Shown in pieces: positions 43,093-52,959 of a stretch of DNA of 64,000 nt. A model generated the notes under the pieces. It did no database searches and was not told where the DNA came from. It worked only from the letters and a program-made list of their open reading frames with translations. The position numbers and the translations under genes are program-made. How positions within the stretch are numbered: position 1 is the stretch's first letter; each line of letters opens with the position of its first letter. The stretch lies in sequence record ON529853.1; one strand, given 5' to 3'.

Positions 43093-43285
43093 CAGGCGTT
43101 TCCAGGTCGACCCGCTTCTGACGGCGGGCATGATGTCCGGCGATGCTGGCTTGGGTCGCGAGTTCATCGCGATAGTATTTGAGACGGATCACCAGCCGCG
43201 CCATCTGCTCCTCCATGGAGGCGATCTGGTTTTCTAGGCTGATGCAGCGGGCGGACGCGGCGGCCGAAAGGAGGCTGTCGGTCAC
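43085..43285 (-). CDS. Small coiled-coil protein
   Basis: Coupled ORF. Confidence 0.6.
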   Translation of the reverse strand: MTDSLLSAAASARCISLENQIASMEEQMARLVIRLKYYRDELATQASIAGHHARRQKRVDLETPDA

Positions 43286-43593
43286 AGCAGGGCTCCCTGC
43301 GGGCCGCCTTCCACCTGGTTTTTCGTCAGCCGGGCCAGGTCTTCAGCGGAGAGACGGGTGAAGTCGACCGCGTTGACCGTGACGGTCGACTGAACCTCAA
43401 CGGTCTTGACGTCCTTGGTCGCCACCAGGATCACGCCCGCCAGGCCGGAGCCTACGCCGCAGATCAGTTCGACGTGCTCGGGCTGGACCACGACGCCGAA
43501 CGCCGCCAGCAGGGCGATGACGCCGAGCCAGGTCGAGCGCTCGGTGGCGCGGGCGAGGGCCGTGGCCCAGAGGATGTTCCAGTCGATGTTCAC
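43282..43593 (-). CDS. Small membrane protein (holin-like)
   Basis: ERSTWLG plus two TM segments. Confidence 0.55.
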   Translation of the reverse strand: MNIDWNILWATALARATERSTWLGVIALLAAFGVVVQPEHVELICGVGSGLAGVILVATKDVKTVEVQSTVTVNAVDFTRLSAEDLARLTKNQVEGGPQGALL

Positions 43594-44459
43594 GCGGTGG
43601 TTCCGTGCATGGTGCCGGCGGCGCCCGTCAGGAGTGACGCGACATTGACCGGTTGGGCTTTCGTCTGCGGCACGCCGAAGCGGATATGGGAGAGGTCCAG
43701 CTTCGGCGCGGCGACGGGATTATCCAGGATCGCCAGGACCTTGTCCGGCGTCATCGGCTCGGGGATCGGAGCCTGGTCCATTTCCGGGTGATACGCCTGC
43801 GTCAGTCGCAGCGCCTGGGTTTCGCGATCCAGCAGACCCTTCGGCTCATTGATCCCGTAGGGCAGGCCGGCGAGCAGGGGCGCATAGGCGTTGTCGATGT
43901 AGAAGCGGGCCAGACCGGTCGGCAAGTCGACGTCGATCTGGGTGAAATACTCTCCCGAGCCGCAGGCCGCGACCTTGAGGCCGGCGTCAGCCGCCAGGCG
44001 CGCGTAAGCAATGATCAGGTGGTCGTAGTCCTCGCGCAGCTTCAGCGCGGCGGCCTCGGCGCCCTTCAGGTCGTCCTTCAGGGTGAGGTTTTCCTTGGTG
44101 GCGGCCGCCAGGGCGGCCTCGGCGCGTTTGGCCCGTTGCAGGTTCTCGTCAGCTTCCACCCGAATCGCCTGAGCGGCCTTGGCTTGCGCCGTGTAGTCTC
44201 GATCCCGCTGCGCGATCGCGGCGCGGTACTGCTCCGGGGTCAGTTCCGGCGGTGCGGCGGTCTTTTCGGCCGACTTGGCGCGGGCCTCTTCCAGGAACTT
44301 CAGCTTCTCGGGGTCGAAGCACTCCGGCTGCTTGGCGAGGCGGTCGAACTCGTTCGCCTTCTTGACCAGGTCGTCGAAGATCGGCAGGGCGCCGGGCAGA
44401 GTCCAGGTGTCCTGGGGCAGCTTGGCGCCGTAGTCATGAACCATGGAGACGATGCACAT
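43590..44459 (-). CDS. Hypothetical coiled-coil protein
   Basis: 289-aa ORF. Confidence 0.7.
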   Translation of the reverse strand: MCIVSMVHDYGAKLPQDTWTLPGALPIFDDLVKKANEFDRLAKQPECFDPEKLKFLEEARAKSAEKTAAPPELTPEQYRAAIAQRDRDYTAQAKAAQAIRVEADENLQRAKRAEAALAAATKENLTLKDDLKGAEAAALKLREDYDHLIIAYARLAADAGLKVAACGSGEYFTQIDVDLPTGLARFYIDNAYAPLLAGLPYGINEPKGLLDRETQALRLTQAYHPEMDQAPIPEPMTPDKVLAILDNPVAAPKLDLSHIRFGVPQTKAQPVNVASLLTGAAGTMHGTTA

Positions 44460-44461
44460 TT

Positions 44462-44746
44462 TTAGCGGTCCAGCGTTTGGGCGACCACGGCGTAGCGTCC
44501 AGCGACGGCGACGGTGTCGAGATAGGTGTCATAGTCCTGGGTCGCATAGACCTCGATCTGGGACGGGGTGACCGCCACAACCCCGTAGGGCTTGCCGGCG
44601 GCGTCCGCCGGGGGACGGCCAGTGTCCAGGTCGAGCACCATCACGCCCTGGAGGGCCGTGACGGCATCGGGGCCGCCCAACGTGATCATGGTCACGCCGT
44701 CCCGAACTTCAATCCGGGCGGTGTCGTGCAGGGTGAGGGTCTTCAT
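44462..44746 (-). CDS. Hypothetical protein
   Basis: Coupled ORF. Confidence 0.65.
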   Translation of the reverse strand: MKTLTLHDTARIEVRDGVTMITLGGPDAVTALQGVMVLDLDTGRPPADAAGKPYGVVAVTPSQIEVYATQDYDTYLDTVAVAGRYAVVAQTLDR

Positions 44747-45657
44747 GCGCGGCCTTCCATCAGCTTGGTGATCACGGGATGGGCGAGGGTGCCTTCGTCC
44801 AGGCCGCGCTCGATCTCCGAGGCCAAGGAGGCTTCTCCGGAGGAACCGGGCTCCACCATGGAGTCGGCGATGGTCTTGGCGTGGCCGTCCAGCCCCGCCG
44901 CGACGACCTGTTCGGCCGACGTCACCGGACTGGCGCCGTTCGCCAGGGCCAGCTTGTCCTGCGCGCTCAACTGCCGGGCGGCGGCGCGGCGCTCCAGGGC
45001 GATGTCCGCCGGGGTCTTGACGCGGGGGCGCGCGCCGGTCAGGGCGTGCGTCAGAAGGGCGTGGGCCTCATTCAGTCGGGCCGAAGCCTCGTCGCGCATC
45101 TTGCTCGATTCCGTCTTCAGGTCCTCGGTGCGGCGCACCACTTCCTGACGATCGCGCTCGATGATGGCGCTCTCGCGGGCGTAGGTCAGCGCCTCGGTGA
45201 TCATCGCCTCGGCCCTGGCGGGCGAGGGGATGCGCTCGCGCAGGTCGTGCAGTTCTTTGGAGCGCTCGATCAGGGCTTGGCGGAACTCGCCCAGCTTGGC
45301 GTCAGACTTCGCAGCGCGGGCGGATGCTTCGGCCGCTTCCTGGCGCGCGGCGGTGAGCGCCTCGGCCAGGCGCTCGGTGCGATCGACATACTCGCTCAGA
45401 TCGTTGGAGAGGTCCTTGGTGTCCACCACCACGGTCAAGGTTTCAACGCCCGGCTTCGCTTCGCGGAAGGTGACACGGTAGGGGCGCGACAGGTCCGAGA
45501 TCGCCCGCGTGGTGCTCGGGGTGTTCTCGGGCACGACGACTTCGTGACCGGCGCCGCGCAGGGCCTGGGCCAGCACCGCCATCAGGGTGGACTTGCCGGA
45601 GCCTGCGTCGCCGGACACCGTCACGGTCACTTCGCAGGTTTGGTTCTTATCGGTCAT
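44743..45657 (-). CDS. Protein with N-terminal P-loop and coiled coil
   Basis: GDAGSGKST. Confidence 0.7.
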   Translation of the reverse strand: MTDKNQTCEVTVTVSGDAGSGKSTLMAVLAQALRGAGHEVVVPENTPSTTRAISDLSRPYRVTFREAKPGVETLTVVVDTKDLSNDLSEYVDRTERLAEALTAARQEAAEASARAAKSDAKLGEFRQALIERSKELHDLRERIPSPARAEAMITEALTYARESAIIERDRQEVVRRTEDLKTESSKMRDEASARLNEAHALLTHALTGARPRVKTPADIALERRAAARQLSAQDKLALANGASPVTSAEQVVAAGLDGHAKTIADSMVEPGSSGEASLASEIERGLDEGTLAHPVITKLMEGRA

Positions 45658-45666
45658 GGAGTTCTT

Positions 45667-45951
45667 TCAGAGCCACACGGGGCGGCGGGAAGGGCGCAGG
45701 CGAGGCGCGACGATGGTGTTGATCCAGTCCACGAGGCGCTTGCGCAGGTCGGGATCGACGAGGCGCGCTTCAGCGTCCGGACAGGAGTAGAGACTGGACC
45801 AGCAGATGATCGCGGTTTCGAAACGGAAGCCGTAGATCGCGTCGCTGTCGAACGCTTCGACCGCATGGACCATGGAACCCTCCAGGCCGACGTCGATCTT
45901 GTCCTCAGCGACGTTGAACGCCACCAGAAGGACGGGCTTGGGGAACTGCAT
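45667..45951 (-). CDS. Hypothetical protein
   Basis: TGATG overlap. Confidence 0.6.
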   Translation of the reverse strand: MQFPKPVLLVAFNVAEDKIDVGLEGSMVHAVEAFDSDAIYGFRFETAIICWSSLYSCPDAEARLVDPDLRKRLVDWINTIVAPRLRPSRRPVWL

Positions 45952-46112
45952 CAGAAGCACTTCCCGAGAATGAAGCCGATGGCGACGCCGGTCATGACGG
46001 GCGTCCCGCCGACGACCACCAGGGTGGCCCGCCAGTGGGAGACGCACCAGGCGAGAAGCCGGTTGCCGCCCTCATCGAGCCATCCGAAGTAGTCGTCGGA
46101 GGTGGAGTTCAT
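45951..46112 (-). CDS. Small membrane protein
   Basis: C-terminal TM. Confidence 0.55.
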   Translation of the reverse strand: MNSTSDDYFGWLDEGGNRLLAWCVSHWRATLVVVGGTPVMTGVAIGFILGKCF

Positions 46113-46273
46113 CAGTTTGAGCCCAGGCCCTCGAAGATCGCTCCGAGGAGTTCGCCGCAACCTTCCAGAAGGTCGCCGAGGAAAGCGAAGACGAAGAAAC
46201 CGTCCCAGAAGCTGTCGTTGTGACGACGCTGCGGCCGGGCCGGCTCCTTCTTCTTCAGGTCGATGCGCGTCAC
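46112..46273 (-). CDS. Small hypothetical protein
   Basis: GTGA and TGATG overlaps. Confidence 0.5.
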   Translation of the reverse strand: MTRIDLKKKEPARPQRRHNDSFWDGFFVFAFLGDLLEGCGELLGAIFEGLGSN

Positions 46274-46416
46274 GCGTAGATGACGCAGCCGGACATCACG
46301 CCGAGGATGAAGATCATCGCGGCGGCGATCTTGGTCTCCTTGACGATGGTGACGGCCTGCTTGGCGCCGGCTTCAAGGGCGGCCTTGACGGCCAGGAAGA
46401 TGGAGTTGAAGTCCAT
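46270..46416 (-). CDS. Small membrane protein (48 aa)
   Basis: C-terminal TM. Confidence 0.55.
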   Translation of the reverse strand: MDFNSIFLAVKAALEAGAKQAVTIVKETKIAAAMIFILGVMSGCVIYA

Positions 46417-46420
46417 AGGA

Positions 46421-46573
46421 TCAGGTCTCGGTTCGTTTGGGGGCGGTAAGGAAGGCGTAGAAAAGTTGGGCGGTCTCGATCACGTCATGCTTGTCGTCAT
46501 CTTTTTCGCGAATGGCGACGGCGGCGCGGAGCGCGTCCAGGGCCAGGTCGGGGTTGTAATCGGTGGGGCTCAT
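46421..46573 (-). CDS. Small hypothetical protein (50 aa)
   Basis: TGATG overlap. Confidence 0.55.
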   Translation of the reverse strand: MSPTDYNPDLALDALRAAVAIREKDDDKHDVIETAQLFYAFLTAPKRTET

Positions 46574-46782
46574 CAGGAGGTCTTCCGAGGCCGGCCGCGT
46601 TTCGGTTTGGCCGGCGCGGGCTTCTTGACAGGGAGGGGACGCGGGCCGTCGGGCGAAAAGCCGCCCAGGATCGCAAGGTCTTCATCGTCGAACTCGGCGA
46701 TCCCGAAGGGGTTGTCCGAGTGAGCCTCTTCTTCATCCAGGTCGTGGATGAGATCGTTGAGGTCGGAGTAGCGGCGAGACAT
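46573..46782 (-). CDS. Hypothetical protein
   Basis: Start MSRRYS. Confidence 0.6.
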   Translation of the reverse strand: MSRRYSDLNDLIHDLDEEEAHSDNPFGIAEFDDEDLAILGGFSPDGPRPLPVKKPAPAKPKRGRPRKTS

Positions 46783-46802
46783 GATCTGGGCGGCTGACGC
46801 GG

Positions 46803-47213
46803 TTACGGGTTCGGGTTGATCCGGTAGATCGGCAGCGGCGCCGCCTCCTGACCGTTGCGCGCGGCATGGAAGAGGGCGGTGGTCTCCTCGACGGCGCCCT
46901 TGGCGATCAGTTCCGGGATGCGGAATCCGCGCACGCGGTGCGCCGCCAGGTCGCGATCGGTGAAGGACCGCCACTGGGTCTCCGTCACCCAGCCGGCGCC
47001 GGAGGCTTCCATCACGCGGGCCAGGCCGACGCAGGCCTTGATCTCGGTGTTGGTCATGCCGACGGTGGTCAGATGGTCCGGCAGGGACGTCGCGGTCAGC
47101 GTGTCTTCGGCTTCGGGCAGCTTGGCGAACGCCACGGAGCCGGCGGGGCGCAGTTGCTGGGGCGCGCCGGCGGAGCCGGGGCCAGTGCGGAACTTATCGG
47201 TTTGGGAGGGCAT
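46803..47213 (-). CDS. Hypothetical protein
   Basis: Clean ORF. Confidence 0.6.
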   Translation of the reverse strand: MPSQTDKFRTGPGSAGAPQQLRPAGSVAFAKLPEAEDTLTATSLPDHLTTVGMTNTEIKACVGLARVMEASGAGWVTETQWRSFTDRDLAAHRVRGFRIPELIAKGAVEETTALFHAARNGQEAAPLPIYRINPNP

Positions 47214-47219
47214 GTACGG

Positions 47220-47336
47220 TTACGACTTCTTGCGCTTGTGCGGCACGGGGTTCTTCTTGGTGTTCGGTTTGGCCTTGCCGGGCTTTCCGGCGGGCTTGGC
47301 GAACGGGTTGGCGGTGAGGGCGTCGAGCGGCGGCAT
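47220..47336 (-). CDS. Small Lys/Pro-rich protein (38 aa)
   Basis: TGATG overlap with portal stop. Confidence 0.55.
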   Translation of the reverse strand: MPPLDALTANPFAKPAGKPGKAKPNTKKNPVPHKRKKS

Positions 47337-49315
47337 CAGGTGGCGCTGCCGGGTCGACGCGGGGTGGGGGCGGGGGCGGTCGCTTTGTTCGCGGCGGCCC
47401 TGATGGCGGCGTCGGCCTGCTTCGCCTGAATGTCCAGTTGACGCTGGGCCTTCTGCGAGGGCGGGGCTTGCTCGATGTCGCCGAGTTCGCGCGACGCCGA
47501 GACGGACGTGGCGCCGTACTGCTGCGCAAAGGCCAGCTTCTCTTCTTCCAGAGCGCGGGCGCGTTCCTGGAGGTCGATTTCCTGCTGCTGGAAGTCGGCT
47601 TCGCGAGCGATGCGGGCCTGCTCCAGTTCCTGGGCGCGGGAGACGTAGCCGCGACGCATGGCTTCAGCGTCAGGCTGGCCGACGAAGGAGTTGGCGTCCT
47701 TCATCTTGGTGGTGAACTCGTCCAGGGTCTCGCTGGACGGGATCAGGCCGTACTTGATCCACACCTCATACACATGCTCGGACGTCAGGAGGCCGGCTTC
47801 GACCAGTTGCTGCACCGCGCGGATCGCGCGGGCGTCCAGGGCGGTCGACAGGAAGGTCGTGTCGATCTCGTAGCGCACCTTGGCGGTGTCGCTCAGCAGG
47901 ACGTCACGGAACATCAGCCAGAAGCGCACGACCTGCGTCATGCCTTCTTCCAGGGCGGTGATGACGTTCAGCAGCAACGACTGTTCGTTGGCCTCGCGCA
48001 TCGCCGACTGCTGGTTGGATTCAGAGGTGGACTTGGAGGCGCCGGGCATCATGCGCCCACCGATCGCCGCGATCTGCTGCTCCTTCTCGTTCAAGGCGCG
48101 TTCCAGGGTCTTCAGACCCTCGCCCTTGAACTCCAGGATGCCAGGCTGCTCGCCGGACGGCACTTCCCAGACGGTGCCGGGGCCGATGTGGTATTCCGCC
48201 GCGTCATTGTCGGCGTTGCCCGGCGCGTAATAGGTCGGCAGGGCGGTGTAGAAGCGCCCGTACTCCAGTTCGGCGTAGGTGCGGTAGTGCTTCAGGTTCA
48301 GGTCGACGATGTCGAGGATCGGCGGCTTTTCACAGTCGGCCGCGTTCGAGAAGGCGCCGAAGAAGACGAAGGGGATGAAGCGCAGCGGGTTGCCCCGGAT
48401 CAGCGGCGTCAGCACCTCTTCGGGAATGCCGGTCGGGTCCTCGCGGTAGACGCGCTGGACGTAGACGCGGGAGCCGTCATCCTGGAACTCCAGGACGAGT
48501 TCGCGATAGAGCGTGGTGTAGTGGTAGCCGCCGGCGACCGTCGCATCGGGCATCGCCTGTCGCGACTTGCCCGCCGCCGGGGTGATGGTGCCGTCGGCCG
48601 TGCGGACCATGGCGGTCTGCGGGCGCGTGCGGCGCCCACGGCGGTTCGGCTCGTCGATCCACCGGTTATCGTGACTCCCTGACGCCTGCTCGCGAACGAA
48701 CTCACGCAACAGGATGCGGGTGGGGACGTAGAAGCCGTCAACGTCTTCGATCTGCCAGTCGAGGATGTTTTCGGCGGCGTAGCCGACCGCGAACGCCTGC
48801 GGCTTGGCGCCGGGCGTCGACTTGGCGGCGTCGACGAGCACGCCGAACCGCCCCAGGGCCAACTGCTCGGTGGCGATCGTCTTGGCGAAGGTCGAGTGGC
48901 TGGAGCCGTCTTTGGCGAAACGGTAAAGCGAGGGCGCGATGTCCTGGCCGGCGTTGACGACGATTTCCTCGCCGTCTGAGCCGCGCGCGATCACCGCGCC
49001 GGGACGCGGCAGGCCGCGCACCTGGGGCGGGCGACGGAAGACCTGACCCACCATGCCCGCCAGGGTCTGGTTGGTCATGTTGTAGAAGACGGCGCGGTGC
49101 AGGTATTCTTCGTACTGGGCGCCGTCGGACCCGGTCATCGGGCGCAGGTACTCCGCGCCCTTCTTCTTGATCTCGCGCTCGCCGGCGATGGCGTCGCGAA
49201 TCTTCGACCACTCGGGGCGCCAGTATTCGTATTCGGGGTGAACGACGTGGCTGAAGGCCTGGACAGCGCGCTTGGTGCGGCTGATGTTCGTCGAGTTGGG
49301 CGCGGTGCCGGCCAT
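47336..49315 (-). CDS. Portal protein (DUF4055-type)
   Basis: HPEY...WSKIRDAIAGE, YLHRAVFYNMT, PPILDIVDLNLKHYR..A.LE.G. Confidence 0.9.
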   Translation of the reverse strand: MAGTAPNSTNISRTKRAVQAFSHVVHPEYEYWRPEWSKIRDAIAGEREIKKKGAEYLRPMTGSDGAQYEEYLHRAVFYNMTNQTLAGMVGQVFRRPPQVRGLPRPGAVIARGSDGEEIVVNAGQDIAPSLYRFAKDGSSHSTFAKTIATEQLALGRFGVLVDAAKSTPGAKPQAFAVGYAAENILDWQIEDVDGFYVPTRILLREFVREQASGSHDNRWIDEPNRRGRRTRPQTAMVRTADGTITPAAGKSRQAMPDATVAGGYHYTTLYRELVLEFQDDGSRVYVQRVYREDPTGIPEEVLTPLIRGNPLRFIPFVFFGAFSNAADCEKPPILDIVDLNLKHYRTYAELEYGRFYTALPTYYAPGNADNDAAEYHIGPGTVWEVPSGEQPGILEFKGEGLKTLERALNEKEQQIAAIGGRMMPGASKSTSESNQQSAMREANEQSLLLNVITALEEGMTQVVRFWLMFRDVLLSDTAKVRYEIDTTFLSTALDARAIRAVQQLVEAGLLTSEHVYEVWIKYGLIPSSETLDEFTTKMKDANSFVGQPDAEAMRRGYVSRAQELEQARIAREADFQQQEIDLQERARALEEEKLAFAQQYGATSVSASRELGDIEQAPPSQKAQRQLDIQAKQADAAIRAAANKATAPAPTPRRPGSAT

Positions 49316-49764
49316 ATAGGGATGTGTCGGTCAAAAAGACCGGGAGGGTCACCGCCCGAACGACGGACCGAGACCCTCCCGAAGGGTCAGACGAAAACGT
49401 CAGGGCCAGAAGGCCCTAACGCCGCCATACCTGCCATGAAACGGCACCTGTGTCAAGATTTACGGCAATCAAGGCCGCCGTTCGAGTCATCAATCCCGGC
49501 CGTTAACCCTCTTTTGCCATTGACGTTGACAGATTCGCCTCTAAGGTCGGGCTTTCCAACGAGGCCTGCGGGCTTCCTGATAACCCGAGCGGAGGAGGTC
49601 GCCATGTGAAAGACACACCGCCCTGGGGGAGCCAGGGGTCGGCCGGCGCGAGACTTTACCCAGAGGCGCGACCGGTCTTCAGCAGCGCACGCTTGACCAC
49701 ATAGTGTGAAGGCCCCGTCGAGCAATCGGCGGGGCCTTCTTCTTGGGCGGGGTCTGGGCAGGTG

Positions 49765-50472
49765 CTACGGCTGGGGCGTCCTCCATTGCAGGGCCGCGCA
49801 TAGCGGCGTTTCAACCAGGTTTCGGGCGCCGGCCGATTTCGGCCCGCCCGTATTGAAGATCGCCACCACCTCTCCGGCGCCGTTGACGATCGGGCCGCCC
49901 GACATGCCAGGGTGGGCCTCGCCCCCCAGGACCGCCTGGTGATAGGCCGTCTCGCCCGTCTTCAGGCGCTGGTCGGCGTAACCGCCGGCGAAGGTCAGGC
50001 GCTGCGCGGCGAAATCCACGCCGTGCGCGTAGCCGAACCCGAGATACTCCGTGCCGGCGCGAAGCCCGTCGCAGTTCACCGGCGTGACCGGCGTCTCGCC
50101 CAGATCGGCGGTCAGAACCGCCATGTCCAGACGCCGGTCCAGGTAGGAGACCGCGACGATCCGCTCCTTGAAGACGCAGGCGGCGTTGTGGTCCACGACG
50201 TGGGCGGCGGTGAGGATGCGGTTGCGGGCGATGATCGTGCCGGTGCCGGTGTAGATGCGCGACCGCGCCTTCTGGTCCGGCGTCATGGCGTCAAGGTCCG
50301 CGATCCCCAGGCCGTCCGGCAGGCGCAGGCAGGTGATCAGACCGACGGTGTTCAGGTTGAGGAAGTATCGATCCTGGGAGGAGCCGGAAAGGCTCAGGGG
50401 CGCCGCCGCCGGCGTCAACGTGGACGCGAAAAGGACTATGGCCGTGAAGAGCACGGCGAGCGATCGGCGCAT
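49765..50472 (-). CDS. Trypsin-like serine protease with signal peptide
   Basis: LTAAHV, LDMAVL, GMSGGP catalytic triad. Confidence 0.92.
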   Translation of the reverse strand: MRRSLAVLFTAIVLFASTLTPAAAPLSLSGSSQDRYFLNLNTVGLITCLRLPDGLGIADLDAMTPDQKARSRIYTGTGTIIARNRILTAAHVVDHNAACVFKERIVAVSYLDRRLDMAVLTADLGETPVTPVNCDGLRAGTEYLGFGYAHGVDFAAQRLTFAGGYADQRLKTGETAYHQAVLGGEAHPGMSGGPIVNGAGEVVAIFNTGGPKSAGARNLVETPLCAALQWRTPQP

Positions 50473-50970
50473 GGCGAGGACCAATGTAATGTGTCAGGAA
50501 TACTGACACACTTGACCTAAAAAGGCAACGCTTACGCAACGCCCATGCGAAAATAGCGAGAACCTTGCAGCGCTGCGCACGATCCTGCGCCCCACAGTCC
50601 CCGGAGGGCCGCGTCGGGGAGAATTGTGTCATGACCTGGGCAGGTTTCGCGGCGAGCGCACCTGGAGTCTTCCCCATTCCCGGTTCGTCAAAATTGGATT
50701 CAATAATTTTTCGGAAATTCGATGTTCAGTTTTGAATCCGATTCCGGGAAAACGCGCCGGCCGTTTTGATCAAGACCCCCTACCCCGCCCCCCCTGGCGG
50801 ACGCGCGCCTGGTTCGGAAGGGAATGCTCAAATCTCAATCCATCCGCCTGGCGCCCCGGCGAAAATCGGCCAAGGGTGGGGGGCCTTGGGTCCCTGCCCG
50901 TCCCGTTTTGAAACAGGGGGGCCATGGGGGGTCCGGCCCCCGTGGGAGGGGGCCGGGGGAGGCGGGGCCG

Positions 50971-51198
50971 TTAGGCCGCCGCCGCCATTTCCTCCGCGAC
51001 CGCCGCCGAGATGCGGGCGAAGTCGGCGGCGGAGGTGTTGGCTTCGAGGTCCGCCATGGAGCGGATTTGACGGCCCGCCATGTTGGCTTTGCGGAAAGCC
51101 GCGTTCAGGACGTAGTGGAAACGGGTGGCGAGCGCACCGGCTTGCTGCGAGGCCAGCATGGTGGCGAGAACTTCGTAGTGCGATTGAACCGTTTTCAT
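50971..51198 (-). CDS. Hypothetical early protein
   Basis: Downstream of a CtrA-box promoter. Confidence 0.7.
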   Translation of the reverse strand: MKTVQSHYEVLATMLASQQAGALATRFHYVLNAAFRKANMAGRQIRSMADLEANTSAADFARISAAVAEEMAAAA

Positions 51199-51400
51199 TT
51201 TCGTCAGTCCCTGTGCGGGGGGCCAATCCCTCCGTCCATGTGAAGAGAATACGGGGAAAGTCTTAACAAGAAGTTAACGCGCACAACAAAACGCACGCCG
51301 TGCGAAGAAAAACGCACGCCGCCGGGAAGGCCGTTTTTAGCCCCATACAGGGCAGGGGAGGGCTCGCCGCTGTCAGGTGACAGGCGAGCCCCTGAAGCCC

Positions 51401-51646
51401 CTAGCTGGCCGCTCCCTCGGCCTCGCAACGCAGGTCGTCGGAGGCTTGCGCCGCGTTCAGGCAATCTTGCGCGCTCATGCCGTAGTCATCGACGTAGGCG
51501 TGAACCTCGCCGCCCTCGACCACGTAATGAACGAGGGCGTAGGATTCGGCGGGGGGCGTCGGCAGGGTGAAGCCGTGGCCGTTAAAGGCGACAAGGCCAA
51601 GGGCGGCGACGGCGAAGAGGGCGGCGGGCAGGATCAGGCGGGGCAT
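51401..51646 (-). CDS. Small exported protein
   Basis: N-terminal signal/TM. Confidence 0.65.
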   Translation of the reverse strand: MPRLILPAALFAVAALGLVAFNGHGFTLPTPPAESYALVHYVVEGGEVHAYVDDYGMSAQDCLNAAQASDDLRCEAEGAAS

Positions 51647-51670
51647 GGGCGGGGTTCCTTTGGGCAGGGG

Positions 51671-51829
51671 TCAGGCGTGAAGGTCGAGGGCGGCGGCGGC
51701 GGCCTTCGCCAGAGCGTCGGCCTTGGCGTAGGCGACGGCGGCGAGGGTCAGCGTATCCAGCCGGGCGGCGATCTGGCGGCGCGCGGCGCGGCGCTGGCGG
51801 CGTTCTTGGGGGGTCAGGTCGCGGAGCAT
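51671..51829 (-). CDS. Small Ala/Arg-rich protein
   Basis: ATG at 51829; operon position. Confidence 0.55.
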   Translation of the reverse strand: MLRDLTPQERRQRRAARRQIAARLDTLTLAAVAYAKADALAKAAAAALDLHA

Positions 51830-51881
51830 GGGGGAAGCCTTGGCAGGAGGGCAGGGCGGGCTTGCGCCCGCCCCTTGGGGC

Positions 51882-52046
51882 TTAGGCCAGCAGGGCGGCG
51901 ATGCGAGCGGCGGCGCCTTGCGGGCGGGCTTGCTCGCCGGTCCACTCGGCGCGGACGTGGGCGGGGGCGGGAGCGGCGGCTTCCATGGCGGGCTTGCGCT
52001 GGCCGAAGGTGGCGGTGCGGGTCAGGGGCGAGGCGTTCTTGAACAT
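51882..52046 (-). CDS. Small hypothetical protein
   Basis: GGAGA RBS after CtrA promoter. Confidence 0.6.
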   Translation of the reverse strand: MFKNASPLTRTATFGQRKPAMEAAAPAPAHVRAEWTGEQARPQGAAARIAALLA

Positions 52047-52171
52047 GGGTCGTTCTCCGTTGTTGAACCCACTATAGGGGCGCAGAACTTAACAGCAAGT
52101 TAAAATCGACAAGCCCCTGAATCTTTTTTGATGGCAGGGCGGGGAGGCGCGCGGCCTCCCCTTGGGGCGGG

Positions 52172-52309
52172 TCAGCCGCGCGCGCCGCGCAGCCAGCCGT
52201 CCGCCCATTGCGCGGCGTCCGCCGAGTCGAGGGGATGGGGGCAGACGTCGAAGGGCTGGCCCGATTCGTAAGCATCACGGCCAGCCTTGTAAGCGGAGGT
52301 CAGGGGCAT
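52172..52309 (-). CDS. Small hypothetical protein
   Basis: AYKAGRDAY..G...CP...W.DGW pattern; after CtrA promoter. Confidence 0.6.
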   Translation of the reverse strand: MPLTSAYKAGRDAYESGQPFDVCPHPLDSADAAQWADGWLRGARG

Positions 52310-52564
52310 GAGAGGCGTTCCCGTCGGCGCGGTCTGGGGCCAATCCCCTAGCGGCGACATAGGCAGATTAGCCGTCCAACCGTTAACAAGAAGTTAACAC
52401 CGCGAAAGTTTTTCCGGGCAGGATGGTTAACGGATTCGCCCCCCGTCGTTAACCATAGGGCCAGGCGCGGCGCGCCTCCCGCGTTAACGTTAATGCGACG
52501 TTAAGGTTAACAGGCGCGGGCAGGGCTGGAAAACCCCGCCCGGCGCGCCGGGCGGGGTCTGGCG

Positions 52565-52843
52565 TCAGGCGACCTGACGAATCAGCCGCCGTTCCCGGAA
52601 CAGCCGATAGGTGAAGAAGGCCCGGCCCATTTCCGATTCGGTCTCGCCCGCGAAGTGGTCGGCGAACGCCAGCGGCATTGACGCATAGTCGGCGCCGTCG
52701 TCGCCCGTCCGGGCGATCAGCGAGCCTTCCGCGTCGCAGATGTAGAGGTCGAAGTCGCGACCGTCGTTCGGCGCGACCGCCGCGACCAAACGGCAGGCGG
52801 CGCAGTCGTGAGCGAAGCGGGCGGTTTTGAAGAAAGAGGCCAT
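52565..52843 (-). CDS. Hypothetical protein
   Basis: RFAHDCAAC; after CtrA promoter. Confidence 0.7.
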   Translation of the reverse strand: MASFFKTARFAHDCAACRLVAAVAPNDGRDFDLYICDAEGSLIARTGDDGADYASMPLAFADHFAGETESEMGRAFFTYRLFRERRLIRQVA

Positions 52844-52959
52844 GGCGTTTCCCTTGGGGTTGCCGTTGAATGTCACCCTTTATCCCACCCAACCCTTAAC
52901 AAGAAGTTAACAGCGGAAAAGAAAACGCCCGCCCGGCGAACCGGGCGGGCGGGGTCGTC

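Noticed and set aside
49765-50472. Prohead maturation protease
   Set aside because: Signal peptide and trypsin fold argue for an exported enzyme; adjacency to portal is not enough
50520-50960. Exact genome terminus or terminal-repeat boundary
   Set aside because: Non-coding G/C-run region at the expected place, but the boundary needs read-coverage data
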